Assembly: GCA_035063585.1 (NCBI GenBank)
Contig: JAPSGB010000003.1
Span: 128,001-192,000 of the forward strand
DNA from: Polyangiaceae bacterium
Lineage (GTDB): Bacteria; Myxococcota_A; Polyangia; Polyangiales; Polyangiaceae
Length of the DNA stretch: 64,000 nucleotides
Direction: 5' to 3'
The translations under genes were made by a program, and so were the position numbers. Positions 1 through 10,309 of the stretch are shown here, piece by piece. How positions within the stretch are numbered: the stretch's first letter is position 1; every line of letters starts with the position of its first letter. The notes beneath the pieces were generated by a model. It was not told where the DNA came from. It saw only the letters and a list, made by a program, of their open reading frames with translations, and searched no databases.

Positions 1-353
1 ACGATGGTGATGGCGCTGCCGCCGGTGAGCGTGGTGAAAAAGGCGCTCGCGAACACGCACACGATGGCGAGGCCGCCCGGCAGCCATCCCAAGAACGCGT
101 TCGACGCGCGCACGATCCGCTCGGGCGTCTTCGACTCCGCCATCACGTAGCCGATGAACGTGAAGAGCGGCACCGTCACCAAGATGGGGGAGCCGGCGAA
201 GCGCTGGTCGAGGACGTCCGGCGCGAGGAAGCGCACGTGGTGCATCGCCTGGTTCGGCTCGAGCAGCCAGGCGAGCTGGGTGGTGCCCGCCATGATGGCG
301 AACACCGGCGCGCCGATCAGGATGAAGGCGACGATGAAGAGGAAGATCATCAT
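1..353 (-). CDS. dctM: TRAP transporter large permease subunit DctM (5' part; runs off window start)
   Basis: Manual translation from ATG at 353 (overlaps the dctQ stop; GAGGAG RBS): MMIFLFIVAFILIGAPVFAIMAG...LVTVPLFTFIGYVMAESKTPERIVRASNAFLGWLPGGLAIVCVFASAFFTTLTGGS. The 'vPLF..G..m' and 'G.LPGGLA' motifs are typical of DctM. Follows dctP/dctQ. Confidence 0.88.
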   Translation of the reverse strand, partial: MMIFLFIVAFILIGAPVFAIMAGTTQLAWLLEPNQAMHHVRFLAPDVLDQRFAGSPILVTVPLFTFIGYVMAESKTPERIVRASNAFLGWLPGGLAIVCVFASAFFTTLTGGSAITI

Positions 354-1735
354 GCTCCTCCTCCTTCCTCGAGGTGGTCGCCGGCTGGCCGCTCGATGTC
401 CATGCCTTCGCCCGTCTCCTCGAGGGACTTGTGTCCGCTGAGGACCAAGAGCGACAAGAGCACGAAGCGAATGGCGATCATCAGGAGCCCGAATGGGAAG
501 ACCAGGTTCGCGGTGTCGATGAGATCTCCGCGCATCTCACCCTTGCCCGGGATGAGTACCGCCGGAGCCCGCCGGTCGTCGGCGCCGATCTTGAGCCCCT
601 CGGCGGCCTCCTTGCCGTAGCGCTCGGCGAAGCCCGAGTCGTCGATCCACTGGTTCCACTCGGTGCCAGTGAGCCAGTCGGCGTAAGGCTCTCCCCGCAT
701 CACGTGCGGGAGCGTCTTCAGATCCAAGGACAGCTGCCGGCGGAGGACGAAGAAGTTCTCTCCGAGCCCCTTGGTCACCGCGCTCACCTTGGCGCTGGGC
801 CGGGCATCGGCGTCCGCGCCGAAGCTGTCGATCGAGATGTGGTCGAAGAACCCCCAGGAAGCCGAGGCGCAAATCACCGCGGCGCCGAGCCACCCGGAGA
901 GCACCACCGGCAGGCGCGCCTTCGGCTTGAGGAAGCGCGTGATGAGATCGATGGTGATGTGCTTGCCGGCGCCGGTGGCGAGCGAGCCGCCGAGCAGCGC
1001 GAGCCACAGCGTGAGGCGCGTGCCGACGCCGCGGAGCCCGCCGAGCAGCGTCAGCGAGGAGGCCTGCTGGTACCAGTTCAAGAGGTTCGAGCCGAAGCTC
1101 ACTCCGACGTTCGCCCACGTCTTGGCGAGCGCGATCCCGAGCACGACCCCGCCCATGGAGATCGCGCGCCGCACCTGCAGGGACTGCTTTCGCGGGGCGA
1201 AGTAGCCGACCGCGCCGAGGACGAGCGCGCCGATGAGCCCGCGGAACACCACCCCGGCGGGACTCTCGCTGTCCGGAGGCGCCGACAGCCCCTTCAGCGC
1301 GACCCACAGCGACAGTGACAGCACCTCGAGCAGCAGTACTCCGACGCACAGGCGCGCCTCGAGTCGGGTCCACGCCTCGTCGAAGCGGACCAGCGGTCGC
1401 CCCCAGGCCGCCGCCTTCTTGGTCTCATGGCTGCTCGGCGGGTTCTCGTCGCCGGAGCTGGCCGGGGCGTCCTCCAACGGAGGGTGTGGTTCGCCCTCCG
1501 AAGCCGCTCGCGACCGCTCATCGGGCGTCGCGTCATCGCCTCGGGGCTCCGCGCGCTCACTCGCGCGGGCTCCCGCCTCCGGCGCGTCTTCCGCGGGCGC
1601 GCCAGGCTCGCCGTCCGGCGGCGCGCCGTCGGGCTGGGTCATCGACGCGTCGTTCGAATCTCCTTCCTTCGACGGGGCGTCGCCGCCGCTGGTTTCCTCG
1701 GGAGCCCGCTCGCCCTGGTCGTCCTCGTCCGCCAT
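350..1735 (-). CDS. dctQ: TRAP transporter small permease (DctQ-like) with long acidic N-terminal extension and insertions
   Basis: Lies between dctP and dctM. Has a DctQ-like core 'LWLALLGGSLATGAGKHITIDL' and C-terminal 'PFGLLMIAIRF', several TM segments, and a first ~110 aa that are acidic and low-complexity. Confidence 0.75.
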   Translation of the reverse strand: MADEDDQGERAPEETSGGDAPSKEGDSNDASMTQPDGAPPDGEPGAPAEDAPEAGARASERAEPRGDDATPDERSRAASEGEPHPPLEDAPASSGDENPPSSHETKKAAAWGRPLVRFDEAWTRLEARLCVGVLLLEVLSLSLWVALKGLSAPPDSESPAGVVFRGLIGALVLGAVGYFAPRKQSLQVRRAISMGGVVLGIALAKTWANVGVSFGSNLLNWYQQASSLTLLGGLRGVGTRLTLWLALLGGSLATGAGKHITIDLITRFLKPKARLPVVLSGWLGAAVICASASWGFFDHISIDSFGADADARPSAKVSAVTKGLGENFFVLRRQLSLDLKTLPHVMRGEPYADWLTGTEWNQWIDDSGFAERYGKEAAEGLKIGADDRRAPAVLIPGKGEMRGDLIDTANLVFPFGLLMIAIRFVLLSLLVLSGHKSLEETGEGMDIERPAGDHLEEGGGA

Positions 1736-1796
1736 GCTCGGCGCCGAACGTTACACCATTATCGCATCCTGCTCACCGGGTTCACCGACCACAAAG

Positions 1797-1834
1797 CGCG
1801 AGCGGGCCAGCCCCGGAGGGCTGGCCCGCTCGCG
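1797..1834 (-). terminator. Stem-loop after dctP (intrinsic terminator or mRNA-stabilising hairpin)
   Basis: 17-bp perfect inverted repeat CGCGAGCGGGCCAGCCC / GGGCTGGCCCGCTCGCG with a 4-nt loop (UCCG on the minus strand), followed by a short CTTTGT, 18 bp after the dctP stop. Confidence 0.7.
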
Positions 1835-1852
1835 TTCTCGCCATTTCTCGGC

Positions 1853-2839
1853 TCAGCAGGCCTTGATCTTGGCCAGCATCTCAGCCGGGAAATCCGCACC
1901 CTTCATGCGCTGGCACGCCTTCTTGTAGATTTCCTTCCAGGCGGCCTTCTCGGCGTCGGTCGGGTCGTGCGCCTCCATCTTCTTCTTGAGGCGCTCGAAG
2001 GACTTGCTGTCGGCGGAGCGGATCGACTTGGTGAGCGCCTTCGCGGCGAGGTCGCCCGTCTCCTCGACGATCTTGCGCTGATCCTCCGGCATCGCGTCGA
2101 GTTGCTTCTTGCTGAGCACGAGGGCGCCGATGCTGAAGTAGACGTCGCCCGTGTTGATGTGGTCTAGGCGCGACGCCCACTGGAGCTGCTCGGCCGCGAG
2201 CGCGGGCGTGCTCATGATGTCGATGGCGCCGCTGTTCAAGAGCGGCAGGAAGCCGGTCACGTCCGACGGGACCGCCGAGACCCCGCCGATGACCTGGTAG
2301 ATCTTCGGCCCGATCACGTCGTCCCGGATGGTGCCGGGGTGCTTGCCCTTCATGTCCTCGGGCATCTTGACCGCGAAGCCCTTCGACATGACGTGGCCGA
2401 TGCCCACGTCACCGAAGCCGCCGAGGAAGAAGCCGGCGTCGGCCATGGCTCGCTGAGTCTCGCCCAGGATCCCTTTGCGCGCGCTGTCGAGCTGCGCCCA
2501 GCTCGAGAAGGTGCCCGGGATCTGGAGCGCGAGGATCGGATGGTAGATCTTCGACAGCCCCACCGCGGTGATCGCCGCGCCGCTCAGCTGCCCGCTCTTG
2601 ATCTTGCCGACCACCGCGTCTTCGGGGCCCGCGGTGCCGTTCCACAGCCAGGTGAGCTCGACCTCGCCGTTGGTCTTCTTGTCGACCGCCTTCGTCCACG
2701 TCTTGAAGACCTTGCCCCACGGACTCCGCGGCGGCGCCAGCGTCCCGATCTTGAGGGTGGTCTTCGCCTGCGCGACAGAAGTGGTCCCGATGACGGCTAC
2801 TGTTGCGGCGACGAGCGCCGCGGAAATCTTGCGGATCAT
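1853..2839 (-). CDS. dctP: TRAP transporter substrate-binding protein DctP (TatP-type)
   Basis: Signal peptide ending AQA, 'LKIGTLAPPRSPWGK', 'KIKSGQLSGA', 'LNSGAID'. ATG at 2839 with GGAGG upstream. Confidence 0.88.
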   Translation of the reverse strand: MIRKISAALVAATVAVIGTTSVAQAKTTLKIGTLAPPRSPWGKVFKTWTKAVDKKTNGEVELTWLWNGTAGPEDAVVGKIKSGQLSGAAITAVGLSKIYHPILALQIPGTFSSWAQLDSARKGILGETQRAMADAGFFLGGFGDVGIGHVMSKGFAVKMPEDMKGKHPGTIRDDVIGPKIYQVIGGVSAVPSDVTGFLPLLNSGAIDIMSTPALAAEQLQWASRLDHINTGDVYFSIGALVLSKKQLDAMPEDQRKIVEETGDLAAKALTKSIRSADSKSFERLKKKMEAHDPTDAEKAAWKEIYKKACQRMKGADFPAEMLAKIKAC

Positions 2840-2979
2840 ATCCGACAACCTCCTACCTACCTGGATCTCATGGCTTTGCGTGACTGGGCTCGTGTCAGAC
2901 GGAGCGACACGAGATTCTCATCAATCGAACTCTCGCTCGAGTGAAAACAATTGAAAAAATACTGCGCGCCCGCGCAGTG

Positions 2980-3906
2980 CTAGAGGGTAAATCCGCACTC
3001 CTCTTGCCACACCTTGCTGCCGAGATAGCGCCGGGCGCGGCGCTTGGCGATGGTGTTCGGGAGCCGCGCGGACGGCATGGTGTCGCCCGCCGCCAGGATC
3101 TCCTCGAGCGTCTTGACGTAGTTCTCCTTGTCCGACTTCGCGCAGTAGTAGCGGGTCGCCAGGTTGAGCTGGACGGACAGGAACTTGCCGTCGTTGATCT
3201 GGTTGGCCCGGTCGAGCTCCGCCTTGCTCTTGTCGAATTCCTTCATCGCGGCGTAGTACGCCCCGAGCACGATGTGACCCATGCCGTTCCCGGCGGTGTC
3301 GTCGAGCTCGACCGAGCGCTTCACGAGCTCCACGCCGACGTAGAGGTCCCCGACCACCTCGGGCACGTCCTTCGAGGCGCCGACGTTGCCGACCCAGGCG
3401 TAGCCGGTCCAGAGCAGGTTCTCGGCGTCCTCCTTGTCCGTGAAGTTGTCGGTCAGCCACTTTCGCATGGTGTCTTGGTTGCGGCGAGCCTGCTCGAACC
3501 CGTCCGCGGTGTGCGAGAGCAGCTCGAGCCCGTAATAGATGGCGCGCTGATAGGCCGCGCGCGCGCGCATGAGATGGTAGGTGGCGAGGACGTCGTCGCC
3601 CTTCTCGTAGTACTGCTCGTACTGATCCTCGATGAAGGCGTAGGAAACGCTCGACCAGCTCCGCGTCAGCATGAAGAGCGCGTCGAGGTTGTTCGGCGCG
3701 AGCCGGTGCATGCCCTCCATCTGCCCGATCCCGGCGAAGGCGATCTGGTTGGCGATCTCGTAGTCTTGGAGCGTGTTGACGGCTGCCGAGCCGTCCCTCG
3801 TCCCCTTGATCTGGCCGTCCAGCATCATCTTCTTGATGCATCCGGTCGTCGACGCGCCGAGCGCGGCGGCGAACAGGAGCCCGGTGAAACCTCGCGCGAT
3901 CCTCAT
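2980..3906 (-). CDS. tatT: TRAP transporter TatT component (TPR-like lipoprotein)
   Basis: Lipobox-like STTGC, helical 'YAFIED...RAIYYGLELL...LLWTGYAW...KRSVELD' pattern, C-terminal 'NTIAKRRARRYL'. Directly upstream of dctP. Confidence 0.8.
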   Translation of the reverse strand: MRIARGFTGLLFAAALGASTTGCIKKMMLDGQIKGTRDGSAAVNTLQDYEIANQIAFAGIGQMEGMHRLAPNNLDALFMLTRSWSSVSYAFIEDQYEQYYEKGDDVLATYHLMRARAAYQRAIYYGLELLSHTADGFEQARRNQDTMRKWLTDNFTDKEDAENLLWTGYAWVGNVGASKDVPEVVGDLYVGVELVKRSVELDDTAGNGMGHIVLGAYYAAMKEFDKSKAELDRANQINDGKFLSVQLNLATRYYCAKSDKENYVKTLEEILAAGDTMPSARLPNTIAKRRARRYLGSKVWQEECGFTL

Positions 3907-3981
3907 AGGGCGCGTGTAGCGGGGTTTTCTCGCGGCTTCAATCATCCTGCCGGCGAGCGGGCTCGAATTCTCCCCTCGCGC

Positions 3982-5256
3982 TCAGCGCCGTCCGGTCGCG
4001 GTGAGGACCGCGCATGCGGCCGCCGCACGGACCGCCGGGTCGTCGTCGCCGAGGGCCGTCGCGGCGCTCGACCAGTCCTCGAGCGCCAGCAGCCCGAGGG
4101 CGGCGCGCCGCCGAGCGTCCGGGATCTTCGACCCGAGCTGCCCGAGCAGCGCCGGCCGAACCTCTCGGCGCCCTGCGCTCGCCAAGGCCGCGCGAGCCGA
4201 GAGCGCCGCCGCGCCCTCGCCGCGCGCGAGCGCGTTCAGGAGCGCGAGGGCTCGCTCGCGGCTTGATGGGAGCTCGAGCTGGCGCGTGGCGGCCGCCACC
4301 TGAATCTCCGGCTCGGGATCACCCGCGGCCGCGTCGAGCGCGGTCCGGACGGCGGGGTCGTCCAAGGGAGCCAGCCGGATGGCGAGGCCGCGCTCCGCGA
4401 GCGTGCCCGTCGAGATCGCGCGCGCGAGCGCCGCTCGGGCGGCTCCCGCGCCGCCCGAGCCGAGCCGGACGAGCGCCGCGGCGGCGGCGATGCTCGGAAG
4501 CGACGGCTGACCCTCGGCGAGCGCCCGGAGCTCGCGCTCGCCACCCGACGCCCACGAGGCGGGCATCGCCCAGGCGTCCACGAGCGCGAGCCGGGTCGGG
4601 TCATCGGCCCGCGCCCACTGGTCGACGAGGGCGAGCACCGCGCGCTCGCCACCGATGGCGCCGGCGGCGCGCGTGGCCAGGCTCCGCGCGAGGCTGTCCG
4701 GGTCGAGTCGCGCGCTCTCGAGCAGCGTCTCGAGGTCGAAGCGCTCGCGGGCGTCGGCGGCTGCGGTCAGCGCCGCGCGGCGGACGCGCTCGTCCGGGTC
4801 GGCCATGAAACGTCGCCGGAGCTCGCCGTCTCCCTGGCCCGTCGCGGCGCGCGCGGCCACCGCTCGCCAAGCGCCGCTCGCGGACTCGGCATAGCGTGAC
4901 ACCGCGTCCGCGGCGCTGATCCGATGCTCCTCGAGCAGCACGAGCGCTGCCTCGCCGCCGACGTCGTCCGGGCGCGCGGCGCGCTCCTCCAGCGCCGGGA
5001 CGAGCGCGCTCGCGCAGGCGCGGAGCTGGCGTACCCTCCGCACCGCGGAGGCGCCCTCAGCCGAGCGGAGCTCCCGCGCGGCGACCGCGCCCGCGAGGTC
5101 GGCGACGCGACCCTCGCCGAGGGCGCCCCGCCGCTGCTCCTCGCGGATTTCGCGCTTCAGCGAGGTGAGGTCCCCGTGGAGCGCGGTCTTGATGACGGGC
5201 GTCATGCCGCATCCGGCCGCGAGCGCTGCGAAGAGCACGATCCACCGACTCGACAT
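3982..5256 (-). CDS. HEAT-repeat lipoprotein
   Basis: Start MSSRWIVLFAALAAGC (lipobox). Repeated 'DPDERVRRAAL', 'DPEPEIQVAAA', 'DDDPAVRAAAA' HEAT/PBS-type units. The ORF-track N-terminal extension overlaps the divergent gene and was trimmed. Confidence 0.7.
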   Translation of the reverse strand: MSSRWIVLFAALAAGCGMTPVIKTALHGDLTSLKREIREEQRRGALGEGRVADLAGAVAARELRSAEGASAVRRVRQLRACASALVPALEERAARPDDVGGEAALVLLEEHRISAADAVSRYAESASGAWRAVAARAATGQGDGELRRRFMADPDERVRRAALTAAADARERFDLETLLESARLDPDSLARSLATRAAGAIGGERAVLALVDQWARADDPTRLALVDAWAMPASWASGGERELRALAEGQPSLPSIAAAAALVRLGSGGAGAARAALARAISTGTLAERGLAIRLAPLDDPAVRTALDAAAGDPEPEIQVAAATRQLELPSSRERALALLNALARGEGAAALSARAALASAGRREVRPALLGQLGSKIPDARRRAALGLLALEDWSSAATALGDDDPAVRAAAACAVLTATGRR

Positions 5257-5313
5257 GCGACGACGATTGATAGCATGACGAACCCGCGCCGGCGTCCGAG
5301 ATCCGGCGTCCTC

Positions 5314-6243
5314 ATGCGTACCGCCGTCATCGTCAACACCAACGCCGGCCGCTTCCGCCGGCGCCCCGGGCTCATCGAGCGAGCGCGGGCGCTCGCGGGC
5401 CGAGACGCCGACTGCTTCGCCACCAGCTCCCTCGCCGAGCTCGACCGCGCGGCGGAGGCGCTCGCCGGGCGTGAGCCCGACCGGGTCGTGCTCGCGGGCG
5501 GCGACGGGACGTTCATGGCCGGGCTCTCCGCGCTCGCCCGCGTGTACTCGAGCGGCGCGCTGCCGGTGATCGTGCTCGCGCCGGCCGGCACCGCCGGCAC
5601 GGTGCCGCGCGGGTTGGGCCAGCGCGGCGGTTTCGAGCGGCCCCTGCGCCGCGCGACCGCGCCCGCGCCGCTCGGTTGGGTGGAGCGCCCTACGATTTCG
5701 GTGAGCGACTCGAACGGCGCGCGCCGGGTCGGCTTCATCTTCGGCACCGGGCTGGTGGCCCGATTCTTCGATCACTATGAGGCCGCCGGCGCTGGCGGCT
5801 ACCTCGTGGCGGCCCGCATCGCGGCGCGCGTGTTCGTGGGCGCACTCACCGGCGGCGCGTTCGCGCGGAGCGTGCTCGAACCGCTGCCGTGTCGCCTATC
5901 GGTCGACGGCGCGCTCTGCGCGCCCTGCGCCTGGAGCCTCATCGTGTCCTCGACGATTCGCGATCTCGGGCTGCATTTCGTGGTGACCCACCGCGGCGGG
6001 GAGGACCCCGCCCGCCCGCACCTGGTCGCCTCGCCGCTCGGGCCGCGCGCGCTCGGTGTCCAGCTCGGGCGCGTCCTCACCGGTCGTCCGCTCACCGGCG
6101 CCGGCAACGTCGACGCGCTCGTCTCGCGCTTCGAGCTCGACTTCCCGGACGGACCGGGTCCGTACATCCTCGACGGCGACCTCTTCTCCGCCGCGCGGGT
6201 GACGGTCGAGGCAGGTCCGCGCGTCCGGATCGCCCGCGTGTAG
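5314..6243 (+). CDS. Diacylglycerol/lipid kinase family protein (DAGK catalytic domain)
   Basis: 'VIVNTNAG', 'LAGGDGT', 'APAGTAG', 'FIFGTG' and 'YILDGD' motifs. Confidence 0.82.
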   Translation: MRTAVIVNTNAGRFRRRPGLIERARALAGRDADCFATSSLAELDRAAEALAGREPDRVVLAGGDGTFMAGLSALARVYSSGALPVIVLAPAGTAGTVPRGLGQRGGFERPLRRATAPAPLGWVERPTISVSDSNGARRVGFIFGTGLVARFFDHYEAAGAGGYLVAARIAARVFVGALTGGAFARSVLEPLPCRLSVDGALCAPCAWSLIVSSTIRDLGLHFVVTHRGGEDPARPHLVASPLGPRALGVQLGRVLTGRPLTGAGNVDALVSRFELDFPDGPGPYILDGDLFSAARVTVEAGPRVRIARV

Positions 6244-6332
6244 CGGGGCGCGACGGCGCCGCCCGCGGACTGGCTGCTGGCGCGGCGCGGGATACCGCGC
6301 CGCGCCGAAAAACCAGAGGTCCGCCGTGCGGG

Positions 6333-8000
<1,668 letters not shown>

Positions 8001-8180
8001 CGGATGTCCTCCATCGAAGGCTCACGTATCACGCTCCGTGGTGGCATGCACCCTCAATGCCGAAGCCCGCGAGGATAAGCAAGCCTCGCGGCGCGGGCCC
8101 TCGGAACTACGGCGGAATGCCGCACGGGCGCGCGGCTCGGCCGCGGCGTGCAACACGGCGCGCGACGTTTCACGCGCGGA

Positions 8181-8717
8181 TCAGAAGCGGCCGGCGAGGC
8201 CGAGCCCGATGGAACCCGGCGCGCCGACGACCGGCACCGGCTCGAGCTCGAGCGCGGCGCCTCGCTGGAGCCGCGGGCGAGCGCGTCGGGGCGCCGCCGG
8301 CGCCTCCGCGTAGGTCGGCAGGAACAGGGACTCCGCCATCACCGCGAGCCCGCCGGCCTGGCCGACCCCGGCCATGGTCGTGAGGATCGCGCGGAGGACC
8401 ACGGTGACCGTGCTGCAGCCCGGGTCGTTCGCGGCGCAGCCGGTGTCGGCGAGCGCCATCCAGGGGCCGGCGACCGGGACGCGCAGCGCGCGCGCGCCCG
8501 GGGCGTCGGGCCAGAGGAGCGACGAGCCGGCGGCCGCGCCGTACCAGGCGGCGGTCGTGCCGAGCCCGGCGAAAAGGAGCGGGAGCCGCGTCGACTCGCT
8601 CGGGTAGACGCCCGGATCCTGCGTCACCTCGCGCACCGGCTCGTCCGCGCGCGCCGGCGCGGGGGCGAAGCAGAGGGCGGCGGCGAGCCCGAGCGCGGCG
8701 AGTCTCCAGGCGTTCAT
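8181..8717 (-). CDS. Secreted/membrane hypothetical protein with C-terminal beta-strand ending in Phe
   Basis: Signal peptide MNAWRLAALGLAAALCFAPAPARA, 'VPVAGPW', hydrophobic Gly-rich helices, ends GSIGLGLAGRF. Confidence 0.65.
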   Translation of the reverse strand: MNAWRLAALGLAAALCFAPAPARADEPVREVTQDPGVYPSESTRLPLLFAGLGTTAAWYGAAAGSSLLWPDAPGARALRVPVAGPWMALADTGCAANDPGCSTVTVVLRAILTTMAGVGQAGGLAVMAESLFLPTYAEAPAAPRRARPRLQRGAALELEPVPVVGAPGSIGLGLAGRF

Positions 8718-8782
8718 CGGCCCCTTTCTGGTCGGGTCGGGCGCCGAACGCAAGCCGCGCGACGCGGAGCCTCCGCCGAGGC

Positions 8783-10309
8783 TCAGGGCAGCCGGGCTAT
8801 CGACAGCCAGCGCCCCTCCGCGCTCGGGACGAAGCCGCGCGCGCGGGGCGACACGACCGCGATTTGGTCTTCGTGCCAGAGCGGCACGACCGGGAGATCC
8901 TCCGCCATCAGCCGCGCGAGCTGCTGATAGAGCGGCCGGCGCTGCTCGGGCTCGGAGACCCGGGAGGCCTCGGCGAGCAGCCGGCCCGCCGCGGGAGAGC
9001 GATAGCGCGCGCGATTTCTCCCCGCGCCGCCCTCGCCGGGCACGCCGGTCGGGCTGAAGAACCACGAGAGCACGTTCGGCTCGGTGAGCTCCGGCATCTG
9101 GAGGGTGGCAAGATCGTAGTTACCGCTGTCGAGCCGCTCCAGCATCACGCCGAGGTCGAGAGGGACGACGCGCACCGTGAGGCCGGCGTCCCCGAGCATC
9201 TGCGCGATGGCGCGCGCGATCGTCACTCGCGCGCGGTCGGTGCTGGTGAGCAGCGTGAGCGGCGGGAGCGGCTCGAGCACCGGGCGCGCGGCCGCGGGAT
9301 CGAAGGGCTCGGCGGCGAGCGCGCGGTCCTCGGCCCAGTGCCCCGGGGGGAGCAGCTCTCGCGCCGGCTCGCCGCGCCCCGCGAGGAGCGTCTCCACGAT
9401 CAGCCGCCGATCGATGGCGCGCGCGATCGCGTGGCGGACCTCCACTCGCGAGAGCTCCGGGCGGTCATTTTGCATCAAGAGATAGGTGACGTTCGCCCCC
9501 CGTCGCGACACCACCTCGAGCCCGTCGCGCCCCTCGAGCGCGGGCAGGAGCGCCGGGGAGATGGCGTTCGGCGCGACGTCCGCGCGGCCCGCCAACAGCC
9601 GGAGCGCGCGCGCGTTCTCGTCGCGCACGGTGCGGAGCGTCACCGCGTGCCGCGGCCGCGGCAAGACGCCGGTGTCGGCGGGCTCGAGCTCGATGACGTC
9701 ACCGTCGGCGCGCGCGATCCGGTACGGACCGAGCCCGTCGAGCTCGCCGCTCGGCTGCGGCGGCCGGCGGACCTCGTCCGCGCGCAGGATGGGGACCTCG
9801 AGATCGGTGAGCAGCGTGGCGCGCGGCGCAGCGAGTCGAAGCGTGAGGGTGAGTGGGCCGTCGACCTGACAGCTGCCGATGGCGCGCACCACCTCGCGGT
9901 GCGGGCTCCCGAGCCGCTCGTCGCCGAGCGCGGACAGCGTAGCGCAGACGTCCTCGGGCGTGAGGGCGCGGCCGCTGTGGAAGCGCACTCCGGCGCGGAG
10001 CGTGATCTCGAGCGCGCGCTCGCCGAGCCTTCGCCACGAGGCCGCGACCAGCGGGACCGGCGCGAGCGAGGTCGGCTCGAGCCCGACCAGCCCCGCGTGC
10101 ACCAGGCGGGTCGCCTTGACGTCGAGGGCCCGGGTGGAGAACCGCGGGTCGAGGGTGGCGATCCCGGTCGGGATGACGAGCTCGAGCGGCCGCGCGCCCT
10201 CGGGCCCCGGCGCGCGGCCGCAGGCGAGCGCCCCGAAGGCCACCGCCAGCGCGGCGCCTCGCCATTTTCTGGAGGACTCGGGCGCGCGGCGGTAACCGTG
10301 AGTCACCAT
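8783..10309 (-). CDS. ABC transporter substrate-binding lipoprotein, family 5 (peptide/nickel); start uncertain
   Basis: Lipobox FGALAC, 'TLDPRF', 'LRAGVRFHSGRALTPEDV', 'GLGPYR', 'VRHAIARAIDR', 'EDLPVVPLW'. Confidence 0.85.
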   Translation of the reverse strand: MVTHGYRRAPESSRKWRGAALAVAFGALACGRAPGPEGARPLELVIPTGIATLDPRFSTRALDVKATRLVHAGLVGLEPTSLAPVPLVAASWRRLGERALEITLRAGVRFHSGRALTPEDVCATLSALGDERLGSPHREVVRAIGSCQVDGPLTLTLRLAAPRATLLTDLEVPILRADEVRRPPQPSGELDGLGPYRIARADGDVIELEPADTGVLPRPRHAVTLRTVRDENARALRLLAGRADVAPNAISPALLPALEGRDGLEVVSRRGANVTYLLMQNDRPELSRVEVRHAIARAIDRRLIVETLLAGRGEPARELLPPGHWAEDRALAAEPFDPAAARPVLEPLPPLTLLTSTDRARVTIARAIAQMLGDAGLTVRVVPLDLGVMLERLDSGNYDLATLQMPELTEPNVLSWFFSPTGVPGEGGAGRNRARYRSPAAGRLLAEASRVSEPEQRRPLYQQLARLMAEDLPVVPLWHEDQIAVVSPRARGFVPSAEGRWLSIARLP

